NCBI RefSeq assembly: GCF_006345805.1
Contig: NC_043016.1
Coordinates: forward strand, 6,510,001 to 6,574,000
Source of the DNA: Octopus sinensis
Lineage: Eukaryota
Reading direction: 5' to 3'
Length of the DNA: 64,000 nt
Part shown: in pieces, positions 47,991 through 61,040 of the stretch
How positions within the stretch are numbered: position 1 is the stretch's first letter
How the letters are laid out: the number at the start of each line of letters is the position of its first letter
Made by a program: the position numbers and the translations under genes
The notes under the pieces: generated by a model
The model's input: the letters and a program-made list of their open reading frames with translations, nothing else
The model's database searches: none
Told to the model about the DNA's origin: nothing

Positions 47991-49178
47991 TGCTGTTGTC
48001 TCCGTTGCTGTCTCCAGCACTGTCCCTGTCGCCACAGATGACATCGGTGAGATTTTAGAACTGGAGCAAAAAACGCTCCAAAGTATATTGTCTGACAGGT
48101 GACACCAATGTCACGACCTATTTGTCGTTGTATTATCTGTTTGGTGGGTGATTAGAAGGTTAGGGTTACTTATGAGGGAGAGATGGAAGTGGGTGATGGT
48201 GGTTGTTGTTACATAATGTCATGAGTTAATAACAATTCATCACATGACTGAATCAGTCAATATATATACACTCAACTATACACGCAACGACCTCTAAACA
48301 TTTAATTAAAAACATCAATATTCTATTCCTTTGTGTTGTGGTGTGGTATTTAACACGTTCTCTGATGTTGTTCTTTTATGAATGCTTGAAACAGTGGGTT
48401 TATTTTCTATGAAACAAAAATGAGAGTGGTTCACAACGACCCTGCTGGCTTCCACATGAAAAGCACTGAAATTTGTGAACTTGGCTTGCAATATCTAACG
48501 CATGTTTTTTGTAAAAATATTAAAGTCTGTTTCAAGTCTACATGTTCATTAGATCAAGGTGTTACTTTGGTTTTTCAAAACATTTAAGTGGCCAGGAGTC
48601 TAAGACTCCTCCATTAAGGGGACACCAGTTTGTCAAAAGGTTAATCCCAGCTGCTGCTGCTGCTGGAACTCATTTTTAGATGAGTGGACTGAAGTATTGA
48701 AATGAAGTGTCTTGCTCAAGGACATGATGTGAAGTTCAGTCTAAATTGAACCCATGACTATACGATTGTGAGTACCTGCTAATCACACTTGTTCGTTTTG
48801 TTTTAGCGCCTGTTTTTCCATTTTTGCATGGGTCAGACAAAATTTGTCAAGGCAGATTTTCTACAACCAGATGCCCATCATGTCACCAGCCCCCACCTAT
48901 CTCCAAGCAGAATAATATTTCTCCATTGCCAGACATAGTTTTTATGGCAGATTGGAAACACGTGTCAACACTTATATATGAAACTGCTGCTTGTCTACAA
49001 CCATCCCACAGTGTCAAGACGGTGAACATACAAACACACACATGTATATACAACAAGCTTCTTTCAGATTTTGTCTATTAAATTCACTCACAAAGCTTTG
49101 ATTAGCAGAGGCTTTGGCTGCCCAAGGTGTCATGCTGTGTGCTTTGGTTGGTCTAGGGCTATATGGTAGAAGACATAA

Positions 49179-49595
49179 GGCGGCGAGCTGGCAGAAACGT
49201 TAGCGTGCCGGGCGAAATGCATAGCTGTATTTCGTCTGCCGTTATGTTCTGCGTTCAAATTCCGCTGAGGTCGACTTTGCCTTTCATCCTTTCAGGGTCG
49301 ATAAATTAAGTACCAGTTACACACTGGAGTTGATATAATAGACTTAATCCCTTTGTCTGTCCTTGTTTGTCCCCTCTGTGTTTAGCACCTTCTGGGTAGT
49401 AAAAGAAATAGGTTTTTTGTCTACCATTACGTTCTGAGTTCAAATTCCGCCAAGGTTGACTTTGCCTTTCATCCTTTCAGGGTCGATAAATTAAGTACCA
49501 GTTAAGCACTGGGGTCGATATAATAGACTTAATCCCTTTGTCTGTCCTTGTTTGTCCCCTCTGTGTTTAGCCCCTCGTGGGTAGTAAAGAAATAT
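49179..49595 (+). mobile_element. SINE S3 plus headless tandem second copy
   Basis: Full copy 49179-49411; 49425-49595 repeats from the B box to the tail. Confidence 0.88.
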
Positions 49596-50809
49596 ATATG
49601 GTAGAAGACACTTCCCCAAATTACTTATTGTTGGTATTAGGTCTGAATCATGTTCACAAATTTTCAAGCTTTGCATATACAAGACAACAGAGCTCGTTTT
49701 GAGAATTCTAACCTTTTTATAGTGAACAAACTGGTTACCTCAGATATAAAGAGCAGCATCAAAATAATTGTGTGGATCAGCTAATTATCGAAATATGACA
49801 CAAGATGTTATCCCTAATCTGTGCTGTTCTTGAGAATAAAGAACAAGCAGTCATATTATATAAAGGGGAACACTTTTTTTTTTGTGTTAGTGAGGAGCTA
49901 AGGGGAAATAACCCATAGCCTTTTCTGGTCTCCCCACTGGGGTGAGACGGATATGATTGTCGTTGCCTGTTTGTAAGGTAAGTGGTGGTGGTGGTGGTGG
50001 TGGTGGTGGTAATGGTGACAGTGATGGCTGTGGTGGGGTGACAGTGATGGTGTCGATGGCAACAGTGGCAGTGGGGAATAATTTAGCTTAGTTGTCGTTT
50101 GCAAAGGTATCATGTCCCCTGCTTTTGCCAATTGCTTTAGGCGCCTGTGTAGTCCTAAGTAGACAGACACTCCTTTAGCTCCTGAACACTGAAGATATGA
50201 CAGTTGGAGAGAGAGAGAGGGGGAGAGGGAGGAGAGAGAGGAGTGAGGGAGGGAGGGTGAGAGTGAGGGAGGGAGGGGAGAGAGAGAGGGAGGGGAGAGA
50301 GAGAGAGGGAGGGAGGAAGAGAGAGAGAGAGCAGGACCAGTTGTAGGCTGAGTAGAGCTGAAGTAACATGATAAAAAGTTCTTTGCTGAAGGACCACAAT
50401 GCATCATCTAATCCAGGAATCGAACCTACAACCTTATGTTTGTGAGATCAATACCCTTACCACTAGGCCATGCATTTTCATTCTGAGAAGATTATTTGAG
50501 AGACAAAGAAATTTTGAGGAATTGATGCTGTGGTGGAGGAAGGATTGATTATAGTGCCTGGGGAGGGTAGGCACAGAAAGGGAGAATTGAGTGTGGGTGG
50601 CGGTAGGAGGAGATGGTGTATGGTTAAGGTTGGTTCAGATGGAAAAAGGGAGGTGGAGGAGGAGGTTATAGTTGCAATACAAGAGGCAAGGCAGGTATCT
50701 GTGGACCACAAGTTGTTATCTGTTGGTGGCTGTAAGTCATTTGACTGGAGGAATGGCGCTTTCTTTTGGATGTGTTCTTTTATTCTTCTATTAGTTTTAG
50801 GCATTGGAC

Positions 50810-51172
50810 TGAGGCTATGCTGGGGCATTACACTCGCCTCCTTATGAGAGCTCAAAATCTCTCGTGGAAGCATCATCCAACCAAAGTACAAATATATGGG
50901 AAACTACCACCTGTATCATCTCTTGTGAAAGGTAAGAGAGTCCAGTTTGCTGGACATTGTTGTAGAGCTGAAAACGAGGTAATTTCTACTCTTCTCCTCT
51001 GGAAGCCATCTGCTCGCGATACCAGAGGGCACACACTCTCTTACCCTGATGTAATCTCCAGGGATACAGGCTTCCAGCAACAGGACCTCTGTAATGCTAT
51101 GATGGACTTTGAAGTCTGGCGTAGCACAGTAAATTCCATTGTCTCGACCATGGTCGAACAATGATGATGATG
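50810..51172 (+). mobile_element. Second RTE family, 3' fragment, longer copy
   Basis: ORF 50766-51164, YTRLLMRAQNLSWKHHPTK..QFAGHCCRA; near-identical to 45717-45997. Confidence 0.85.
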
Positions 51173-51344
51173 ATTTGTGCAACTATTCAGGCAATATCGA
51201 TTTGATGGAGGGACTACATGTATATAAACACAAACATCAATGATGATGACCTGGAATGGTTTTAGTAGAATAAATCGAACTCACAACTTATTTTATTGAA
51301 GTTTGGTACTCATTCTATTAGATTTTTTTGCCAAACTGTTTAGT

Positions 51345-51600
51345 TCTCTCTCTCTATCCTCTCAGTCAAAGTCGACTCGGTTACTCGTTGGATCAGTGTC
51401 CTCCAGTCAGTTCTATCCTGGGCTGCTTCCCTCAGATTGGCCATGTCACTCCTGATGGTGTCAAGCCAGCGGGTTCTTGGTCTGCCTCTTCCTCTCTTGC
51501 CACTGACTATTCCGAGCATGATGTCCTTCTCCAGGGATTCTCTCCGCATAATATGACCGAAATATGCCAATCTATGCTTGGTGATCCCAGCTTCTAGCGA
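51345..51600 (-). mobile_element. Third RTE family (BovB/RTE-1-like) 3' end
   Basis: RLAYFGHIMRRESLEKDIMLGIVSGKRGRGRPRTRWLD..AAQDRTDWR. Confidence 0.85.
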
Positions 51601-51619
51601 CATTTTTGGCCTTATCTGC

Positions 51620-51860
51620 TTAAGAGATGTAAACAAACCAACACCTGTTGTCAAGTGCATGCATGTGGAGACAAAGGCAAACCCAAAGAGAGAGAGAGAG
51701 ATAGATAGACACACACACACATAGATGGTGGGCTTCTTTCAGTTTCCGTCTGCCAAATCCACTCAGAATCTTAAAGCTATTGTAGAAGGCAGTAACCCAA
51801 GGTGCCACACAGTGGGACTGAACCTGAAACTATGTGGATGGGAAGCAAATTTTTTAGCAT
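51620..51860 (-). mobile_element. SINE S2, partial
   Basis: ggcttctttcagtttccgtctgcc..cccaaggtgccacacagtgggactgaacc. Confidence 0.75.
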
Positions 51861-52065
51861 GTGGATCTCATTTTACCTCTGTAAAAAATTGATTTGTAGT
51901 TGAACAAGTTTCTGGCTCTGAAAAAAAAAATGGATGTAGTTATTGCTACATTTATGGCCTTATTTGGTTTAAAGTAGTGACTGAATGAAGTAATTTCTCA
52001 TTTTGAATGGTGAACCTGCAAGACTAGAATGAGAGAGTTTGGTGGGGACAATGGATGAAATTTAA

Positions 52066-52272
52066 CCCTTTAGCACTTAAAATGGCTATAAGCAGCCTTA
52101 ATATTCTATGTTTTATGTTAAAATTGACCGCATCCAACCTCTCACACCTACCATACAAAGGCATTCTAAAAATATACAAACACACCATTCAAATCTTGAA
52201 GCTACAAAATAATTCAAGATAATGTGAATAAATAAGCATAACATTTGGCAAAGAAATCTGAATGCTAAAGAG
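52066..52272. mobile_element. piggyBac-like MITE, copy 2
   Basis: TTAA|CCCTTTAGCAC...AATGCTAAAGAG|TTAA; same family as 46230-46449. Confidence 0.8.
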
Positions 52273-53290
52273 TTAAACCTAGAGGAAGAAACTATTTAAT
52301 CTAAATAAAAGTTCACACTACTACATAAGAAAATGCATAAATAAAATAGTGAATGTGGTCCTTTATACATTTGTTGTGTGGATATTGTTGTAGTTGGTGT
52401 TGGCTGCTGTGGTAGCTGGTTAAAAGTGATGATTACATTCTGGAAGAGAGATACTGCTTGGAGATTATGGCAAACTATTGATATGGTAACATGCAGCTTG
52501 CCCAGCGTAACTGGAAACAATTGGGCAACATTTGTGGTATGGAGGTTTCTGTCATCTCTCTAAGCCATCTGTTCATGCCATTGCTTCATGGCTGGTTAAT
52601 AGATCAATCATGTGGAACTATGGTGGTTTTGCTTATGATGTCTGTCTGCATATTCAGGGATTCAGTTAAAAATCACTACACATTTCAAAAAAGCAAAACA
52701 AAAAAAAAAGAGCAAGCCGAAACGGTTCACTAAATAAGAGCTGGTATGTGGGGTATGTGGGGTAAATGGTGGGTTGTTGTTGTTGTGGTGGTGGAAAAAC
52801 AACCATATCAACAACTTGACAGCTGTCATGCTTTTAAATCTATAAAACAAACGATATTCAATAAATCCACATGGCAGTGAACCACCATCTCATTACCACC
52901 ACAACTGCTGCCACCGCCACCACCACAACCAGCACCATCACCACCACCACCACTACCACCAGCACCACCACCACCATCATTATCATCATCTTCATCACCA
53001 TTATCATCTTCATCATCATCATCATTGTCATCATCATTAGCATCACATCAAATGTTCACTTTACCATGCTTTGAGATTGAATTTTCAATAGTTGGATTGC
53101 CTTCATGTCACCACCTCTTACCTCTTTCCAAATATGGCAATATTTCTCCAAGGCCAGACATGTTTCCATGTCTGGAAGATTGCAAATGAATGACGTCACC
53201 TGATTGATGGTGACACTCGTCTTACAACTGTCACACGATATAAAGGCAAGGAAACACAAACACACACACACACACACACACACATTCTCA

Positions 53291-53321
<31 letters not shown>

Positions 53322-53394
53322 GCACAAACACGTGAATGCAAATACATAGACATATATACATACGCATACATATATATAAACGATAAACGTCGCC

Positions 53395-53645
53395 CTTTTC
53401 AAGCCTAGCCAGGCTCATGGGCCCGGTTTCCCGGTTTCTGTGGTGTATATGTTTCCCCCAGCTGGACAGGACGCCAGTTCATCGCAGCGTTACTCATTTT
53501 TGCCAGCTGAGTGGACTGGAGCAATGTGAAATGAAATGTTTTGCTCAAGAACACAATGCGTTGCCTGGTCCAGGAATCGAAACCACAATCTTACAATTAT
53601 GATGCTGACACACTAACCACTAAGCCAGTAAGCCATGTGCCTCCA
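53395..53645 (-). mobile_element. SINE with S1-type head and a different 3' part
   Basis: ttttgctcaagaacacaatgc..ggaatcgaaacc..ctaaccactaagcc; related copy at 63530-63760. Confidence 0.75.
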
Positions 53646-53863
53646 CTATATATATATATATATATATAATATATATATATATACATAGTTACAAATTGAG
53701 ATAGGGGTTGTAAATGCAACCCTCCATGGGATAACATATATCCAATATACTGCTAGTGAAGTACCCAACAAAGTTAATACATAAATGTTAAGAATTGCGA
53801 TGCAATTAATTCATTTACTATATTATATGGGCAAAGGTAAAATGTTTTACCACAAATTAATAA

Positions 53864-54342
53864 TACAAAATAAGAAAATGGAGAAATACATCAAAATCAA
53901 ATATCAATTACCAGATAATACTCACCACATAAGAAACTATAAGGTTAAACAAAATAATGTTGGGCAAAACAGTGTACATAAAGGAGTGTACATAAAAGAG
54001 TAATGTTATACAATAAGTAGAATATGTATAAGAGAAAATAAATATAAGTACACATAAATATAAATATAGACTACATCTTACAGCTGTTTCGGCCATGTAG
54101 ATAAGTATGTCTCATTTTACTTATATTAGCCATTTATGGTAGGTCAATATGTAGTTATAAATGAGACATTTACAAAAATATCCTAAGGCCTCTTCGGAGA
54201 TTATGTGATACAAATCGGTACCCTACATTATTATGTTTAACCTTATAGTTTCTTATGTGGTGGTTTAATAAAGTATGTGATTGAGTATTATCTGGTAATT
54301 GATATTTGATTTCAATGTATTTCTCCATTTTCTTATTTTGTA
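53864..54342. mobile_element. Fold-back element with ~90-bp inverted ends enclosing an HHR
   Basis: 53864-53950 inverted at 54235-54342; terminal motif TACAAAATAAGAAAATGGAGAAATAC. Confidence 0.85.
54075..54201 (-). ncRNA. Type-I hammerhead motif (U4C variant)
   Basis: Minus: atct-CCGAAGA-GGCC..GGCC-GAAAC-AGCT-GTA-agat; internal hairpin tgtctcattt/aaatgagaca like the 16.2-kb motif. Confidence 0.75.
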
Positions 54343-54369
54343 TTATATATATATACTCACATATATGTA

Positions 54370-54665
54370 TATATCACACGTGATCACGTGACCGACCAGT
54401 CCATCAGATGTAGTTACACATCGCTGGTCACAATGCATTTACATTGTTTTAGCCTTCAAACGACGCCACCCTGCTAGCTAAGCGAGCAGGCCAACAGAAG
54501 AAAGAGTGGGGAAAGAGTACAGCAGGGATCACCACCCCCTGCCGGAGCCTCGTGGAGCTTTTAGGTGTTTTCGCTCAATAAACACTCACAACGCCTGGTC
54601 TGGGAATCGAAACCGTGTTCCTATGACCGCGAGTTCGCTGCCCTAACCACTGGGCCATTGCGCCT
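54370..54665 (-). mobile_element. tRNA-headed SINE
   Basis: cgctcaataaacac..gggaatcgaaacc..ccctaaccactgggccattgcgcc. Confidence 0.75.
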
Positions 54666-54672
54666 CCACCAT

Positions 54673-54738
<66 letters not shown>

Positions 54739-54839
54739 ATATGTAATATGTATATATATATGTGTGTTCCGCATAGCCCCTACCCATTCAAAGTACCCCG
54801 GATCCCAGAACGTCCCGCTGTGCTTGAGGAGAACGTCGA

Positions 54840-55335
54840 AATAAATATCAATGGAAATAGTAGTTGTGATGCCTGTGCCGGTGGCACATAAAAAGCACTA
54901 TCCGAACGTGGCTGATGCCAGCGCCGCCCCGACTGGCTCCTGTGCCGTGGCACATAAAAAGCACTATCCGAACGTGGCCGATGCCAGCGCCGCCCCGACT
55001 GGCTCCTGTGCCGTGGCACATAAAAAGCACCATCCGAACGTGGCCGTTGCCAGCTCCGCCTTGGCTGGCTTCCGTGCCGATGGCACGTTAAAAGCTCCAA
55101 CCGATTGTGACCGATGCCGGACACCCCCTTGGCATCTGTGCAGGTGGCACATAAAAAGCACCCACTACACTCGCGGAGTGGTTGGCATTAGGAAGGGCAT
55201 CCAGCCGTAGAAACTCTGGCAGATCAGACTGGAGCCTGGAGCAGCCCCTGGCTTCCCAGACCCCGGTCGAACCGTCCAACCTGTGCTAGTGCGGAAAACG
55301 GACGTTAAACGATGATGATGATGATGATGATGATG
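54840..55335 (+). mobile_element. RTE-tail element with three 66-bp repeats
   Basis: cacataaaaagcac at 54885, 54951, 55017; aggaagggcatccagccgtagaaac; (ATG)n. Confidence 0.85.
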
Positions 55336-56149
55336 ATATATATATATACACACACACATGCATACATACATTCTTTCCTACATAATACATATATCCATCC
55401 ATGCATCCATAAATCCCTCCCTCCCTCCCTCCATCCATCTCTTCATACTTATGCATACACATGTATACACATAAACATACACACACACGCATTCATGCAT
55501 ATATTCCTCTATCACTCCATCCATTTATACATCTCTCCATCCATATGTGCATACGACAGGCTTCTTTCAGCCATCTTCTACCAAATCCACCCACAAGGGT
55601 TAATTTGGTTTGGTGCCATAGTAGCAGACACTTTTCTGAGATGACTCTCAGTAGAAATGAACCCGAAACCTTATGGCCAGAAAGAGGACTTTTGAACTAT
55701 GCCATCCACTGAAAACAACAATTGACCTTTGCAATGAAATCTTGCAAACATCACTTGCCAAACACTTGCAAGTTTTGATATAAAACAAAATTAATCAATT
55801 AATCTATATTGTATCAATAAAAAAAACATTTTGAAATACTAGAACAAAGGCAAGAAATAGTAAAAACATCCCTCTCCTTCCCCAACCTCTCTCTCCCCTC
55901 CCTCCCACCATCTGTCTCTCAATAAATATTTATTTATGTGCATATACACGTCTGTATATATATACATATTAGAGGGAAACCACTATGTGGACGCCCTTAT
56001 GCTAGAAATAGATCCCCTATGGTCTTACCACTAAGAAATGTCCTCAAGAAAAATTTAGCAAAACAACCAAATCGTAATCGAGCAAGACAAAAGAAAAAGC
56101 AATAAAAATATGGATTATTCGCATTCATGTTTCACTATTAACATATTAC

Positions 56150-56554
56150 TCTCTCTTTTACTCTTTTACTTGTTTCAGTCATTTGACTGCGGCCATGCTC
56201 GAGCACCGCCTTTAGTCGAGCAACTCGACCCCGGGACTTATTCTTTTGTAAGCCCAGTACTTATTCTATCGGTCTCTTTTGCCGAACCGCTAAGTAACGG
56301 GGACATAAACACACCAGCATCGGTTGTCAAGCGATGTTGGGGGGACAAACACAGACACACAAACACACACACATATATATATACATATATATGACGGGCT
56401 TCTTTCAGTTTCCGTCTACCAAATCTACTCACAAGGCTTTGGTCGGCCCGAGGCTATAGTAGAAGACACTTGCCCAAAGTGCCACGCAGTGGGACTGAAC
56501 CCGGAACCATGTGGTTGGTAGACAAGCTACTTACCACACAGCCACTCCTGCGCC
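56150..56554 (-). mobile_element. SINE S2, full length
   Basis: Minus: ggcgcaggagtggctgtgtggtaag (A box), gggttcagtccc (B box), tail gaaacaagtaaaagag. Confidence 0.9.
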
Positions 56555-56715
56555 TATTATGTAATTTTACTTACATAAATGCTGTAGATATCGGTGTGAC
56601 CGTCCAGATGAATATGATTTGCATGACTGCATACTAAGACGTCCGCACAAAGTCAACTTGTAAAACAGTTCTACCCATTACACTCGTGGTTACTATTTCA
56701 AATGTCCTCGTTTTG

Positions 56716-56815
56716 NNNNNNNNNNNNNNNNNNNNNNNNNNNNNNNNNNNNNNNNNNNNNNNNNNNNNNNNNNNNNNNNNNNNNNNNNNNNNNNNNNNNN
56801 NNNNNNNNNNNNNNN
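56716..56815. other. Assembly gap (100 N)
   Basis: N run. Confidence 1.
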
Positions 56816-57180
56816 GTGTGTGTGTGTGTAGATAGCTAGATAGACAGACAGACAGAAAGACAGATAGATGAGAGATAGATATACTTGCTGATGTGTGGCA
56901 TTAACTAGCATTTAACTCTGAAGATGTACAAATAACTAAATACCTCTATCAATCTAACCATAAGTGTATAATATATTGTGGTGTGTGTGTGGTGTGTGTG
57001 TGTGTGGGTGTTGTGTGTGTGTGTGTTTTGTGTGTGTGTGTCAGTGTGTACAGGCATACATGCATATGTAAGTATATATACATATATTTGTGTATGTGTG
57101 CTGCAGGTGTATGTGTATGTCTGTGTATACATATGTAATATTACGCATGTATGAATATGTATGTATGTTTGTATGTATGA

Positions 57181-57211
<31 letters not shown>

Positions 57212-57214
57212 TGA

Positions 57215-57245
<31 letters not shown>

Positions 57246-57589
57246 TGTATGAATATGTATGTATGTATGAATATATATGTATGCATGTGTGTATGTATGA
57301 ATGTATTTAGTGAGCTGAGAATGATACACGATTCAAATCCTGCCAAGTTGGCCTGGCCATGATTTGAACTGAGAATGTACAGGGCTAAATCATTTACCAT
57401 AGTTCTGTCAGCCGTTTCACCTCCATAAATTAAGTACCAAGTACCAGACACAGTTCTCTCCCCTTCTAGCTATCACATCTTCAATGTTCTAGGGGGAATA
57501 GAAGGGGAGAGGGGTGTCGAGGGGCTGTTAAGGGAGTATTTGTGTCTACTCACACATAAAAGAACATCAAAAACAAAAAGGGGTACTCT

Positions 57590-58010
57590 CTTTTACTTTC
57601 TTTTACTTGTTTCAGGCATTTGACTGCGGCCATGCTGGAGCACCACCTTTAGTTGAGCAAATCGCCCCCATGACTTATTCTTTGTAAGCCTAGTACTTAT
57701 TCTATCCGTCTCTTTTGCCAAACCACTAAGTTACAGGGATGTAAACACACCAACATCAGTTGTCAAGCGATGTGGGGGGGGGACAAACACAGACACACAA
57801 ACATACACTCACACACACACACACACACGCACACACATATATATAGATGACGGGCTTCCTTCAGTTTCCGTCTACCAAATCCACTCACAAGGCTTTGATC
57901 GGCCCGAGGCTATAGTAGAAGACACTTGCCCAAGATGCCACACAGTGGGACTGAATCCGGAACCATGTAGTTGGTAAGCAAGCTACTTACCACACAGCCA
58001 CGCCTGCACC
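57590..58010 (-). mobile_element. SINE S2, full length
   Basis: Colinear with 56150-56554. Confidence 0.9.
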
Positions 58011-58640
58011 TCCTGTGGTGTATGTTTATATCAAAACCCACACTCAGTTATGAGTGACAGTTGTATCACACACTCACATACATATACCTATATGTATTTA
58101 TACACACACACACACACATATATTATATATAAAAATCTGCTTTCCTACCCACATTTGACATTCATACCTCTATGACTACCACCACCAACAAACCTCCAGA
58201 TTGTCTCTTTTTTCCCCCCATCATATGTTCCTCATCCTTGCCATGCACTATGCTTGCCTCTCTCTTAACCCAACTGCATTCTTGCAACCCTAACCAAACA
58301 CATCTCTCTCTCTCTCTCATTCATCCTTCCTTTTTATCATCAGTTCTGCCCTTCACTTATCCCTATCTCTCCCAACTCATATGCATCATTGGTCACCTCT
58401 GCCACCCACCCCCCCATTATCCATTTCTCACTTTCATCCACCTTTTGACACTATTCCATCTCTACAGTTGTCACCTACACTTTTTTAACTCCTCTATTTT
58501 TCATCACTCAACACTTGTTCTTCATTTATTATATTTACATCCTGCTTCACCCATTCCTCTATCTCACACCTCGACAAACGGGAACGTATAACTCTGAGTA
58601 ACAGCTTTTGTTATATTTCTGCTGCTTTTAAGTAAAGTAA

Positions 58641-58697
<57 letters not shown>

Positions 58698-58900
58698 ATA
58701 TATACTTATATATATATATATACTTATATATATATATACTTATATATATATATATATATACTATATATAGATATATACTTATATATATATATTATATATA
58801 TATATATATATACCTATATATATATATATATACTTATATATATATATATCTATATACTTATATATATATACTATATATATATATTATATATATATATATA

Positions 58901-59431
58901 TACAAGATAAGAAAATGGAGATATATATACAAAAAATGATAACCTAAGTTTCATAAGCTCATAATTAACCCTGTAGAAGTCCATATAGTATGCTTAGAAT
59001 TTCTGATCAACTAGGAAATAGTACTGAAACATATACGTAGGTTCTTTAATTTTATTTTTTTAGCTTTACAACTTATAATCAATTTATTTGTACTGTTATG
59101 CCTTTATAACATATAGATAAATTATTCATGCATCCATTTTTTTTCCCTTTTCTCTTCCTTCAATACATATACATAAAAATATATATAACTATATACGTAT
59201 AATAATTCAGTTTTGGTAATTATTAATTAATTATTAATAATAATTTATTTGTATGTTATAAAGGCATAACAGTACAAATAAATTGATTATAAGTTGTAAA
59301 GCTAAAAAGAAAAATTAAATTAAAGAACCTACATATATATTTCAGTATTATCTCCTAGTTGATCAGAAATTCTAAGCATACTATATGGGGTAGGACTTCT
59401 ACGGGGTTAATTATGAGCTTATGAAACTTAG
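58901..59431. mobile_element. Fold-back element without detectable HHR, same terminal motif
   Basis: Arms 58944-59114 and 59252-59431 inverted; TACAAGATAAGAAAATGGAGAT directly after the (TA)n tract 58643-58900. Confidence 0.8.
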
Positions 59432-61000
59432 ATGTGTGGGTATTCTATTTCAGATTATGCAAAAAATAACATGAGTATATCTGAAGGTAAACTCTTGGTA
59501 TCCATTGCACATCAAGAAATAATACTTTAAAGGATAAAACCAGTACACCAATAATACATACATACACACACAATATACACATGTGTAGGTGTGGGTGGGT
59601 GTTACGTGTGTGTACACAGATGCACACATTTTTATAATATGTTTTAAGCAAATGTTTAACTCTTTTCTTTTTTTTTTTTTGACAGACAAAAGAAAAAAAT
59701 ATTGCAACCAATTTGCATTTCAAGCTGTGGCAGATCTGAAAAAAACAAATAAATCAATGACAACAGCAGCACTGATGACGAAGAAGATGATGACTCAAAA
59801 GCATTGCATACAGCAGAATACAGTAAGTGCAAAATATGCAAAAGTAAGGGAAATAAATAAGTAAACTCACTGTCTCTGACTGACCTGTCTCAGCTAAGAA
59901 ATAATACATTTGCAAGCATGAGAGAGTTGGGGGTCTTTCATAAACTGGAAGATAAGCCAGCATTATGAAATACAAATAGAAAGGAACTGGTGTAAATATA
60001 CACCAGAAAAGGTCTCTGAGAATAGCAAAGTAACAACAATCTGTTATAAGCCATTACAGATACAGATAGAGAGATCAAGGTTAACTGGCCAGATATTACT
60101 ATTACAGATAACAAAAAAAAATATGTTCTAACTGAAGTCTCAGTCCCAACAGACAATATTGTCTCCCAAAGAATAAGAATATAAAGATCTGGAAAAAAAA
60201 AAAACCTAAACAAGATGACTAGAAAAGAGAAATAACTCTTATAATAGTAGCAATAACTACAACAACAACAATACTAAAGGTTTCAAATTTTGGCACAAGG
60301 CCAGCAAGTAAGTTCAAATAAGAAAGTTAATTACGTAGACCTCGTTGCTTAACTAGTACTTATTTTATTACCCATGAAAGGATGAAAGGCAAAAATCAAC
60401 CTTGGTGGAATTTGAACCTAGAAATTAAGAATAGACAAAATCTCAGTAATCGTTTTACTTGGCATGCTAATAATTCTGCCAGCTTGCCATCTTTAAAACA
60501 ACAACAACAAAAATAATAGCTGCCTTTGAAATAATAAAAAATATAAATACATGCTGACAAATATATAACCAAAACCTCAGGGCATACAAAATATGCACAA
60601 CATAAAGAAAACAGTACTATAGGCACCGTACATTGTAGAGTATAAACTAAACATTGTACAAATATTGCTAAGAGTTCTTTCAGTACTGTAGGCATAACAA
60701 ACTAATAAAAGAAAAATTTTGCACATTACACATTCTCAAGGCACACAGAGCTGTGGTTCCATGTATTGTGAAGGAAAAAAACAAAATATAAGACTACTGA
60801 ATAATAATAATAATAATAATAATAATCCTTTCTACTATAGGCATAAGGCCTGAAATTTGGGGAAGTAGAATGGTCAGTTACATCGATCCAGTGCATGACT
60901 GGTACTTATTTCATTGACCCCGAAAGGATGTAAACAAAGCCAATGAAATGCCGCTAAGCATTTTGCCTGGCAAGCTAACAATTCAGCCAGCTTGCCCGCC

Positions 61001-61039
<39 letters not shown>

Positions 61040-61040
<1 letters not shown>

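Noticed and set aside
48038-48098. Possible 61-nt exon DDIGEILELEQKTLQSILSD
   Set aside because: Weak donor (GTGACA), no recognisable homology, adjacent to microsatellite.
48955-48966. GAAACACGTGTC resembling an HHR 3' half
   Set aside because: No CTGANGA or stem II upstream.
49179-49270. tRNA gene-like sequences (also 5258, 40550, 56480, 61760)
   Set aside because: A/B boxes continue into SINE bodies and tails; no cloverleaf or acceptor stem.
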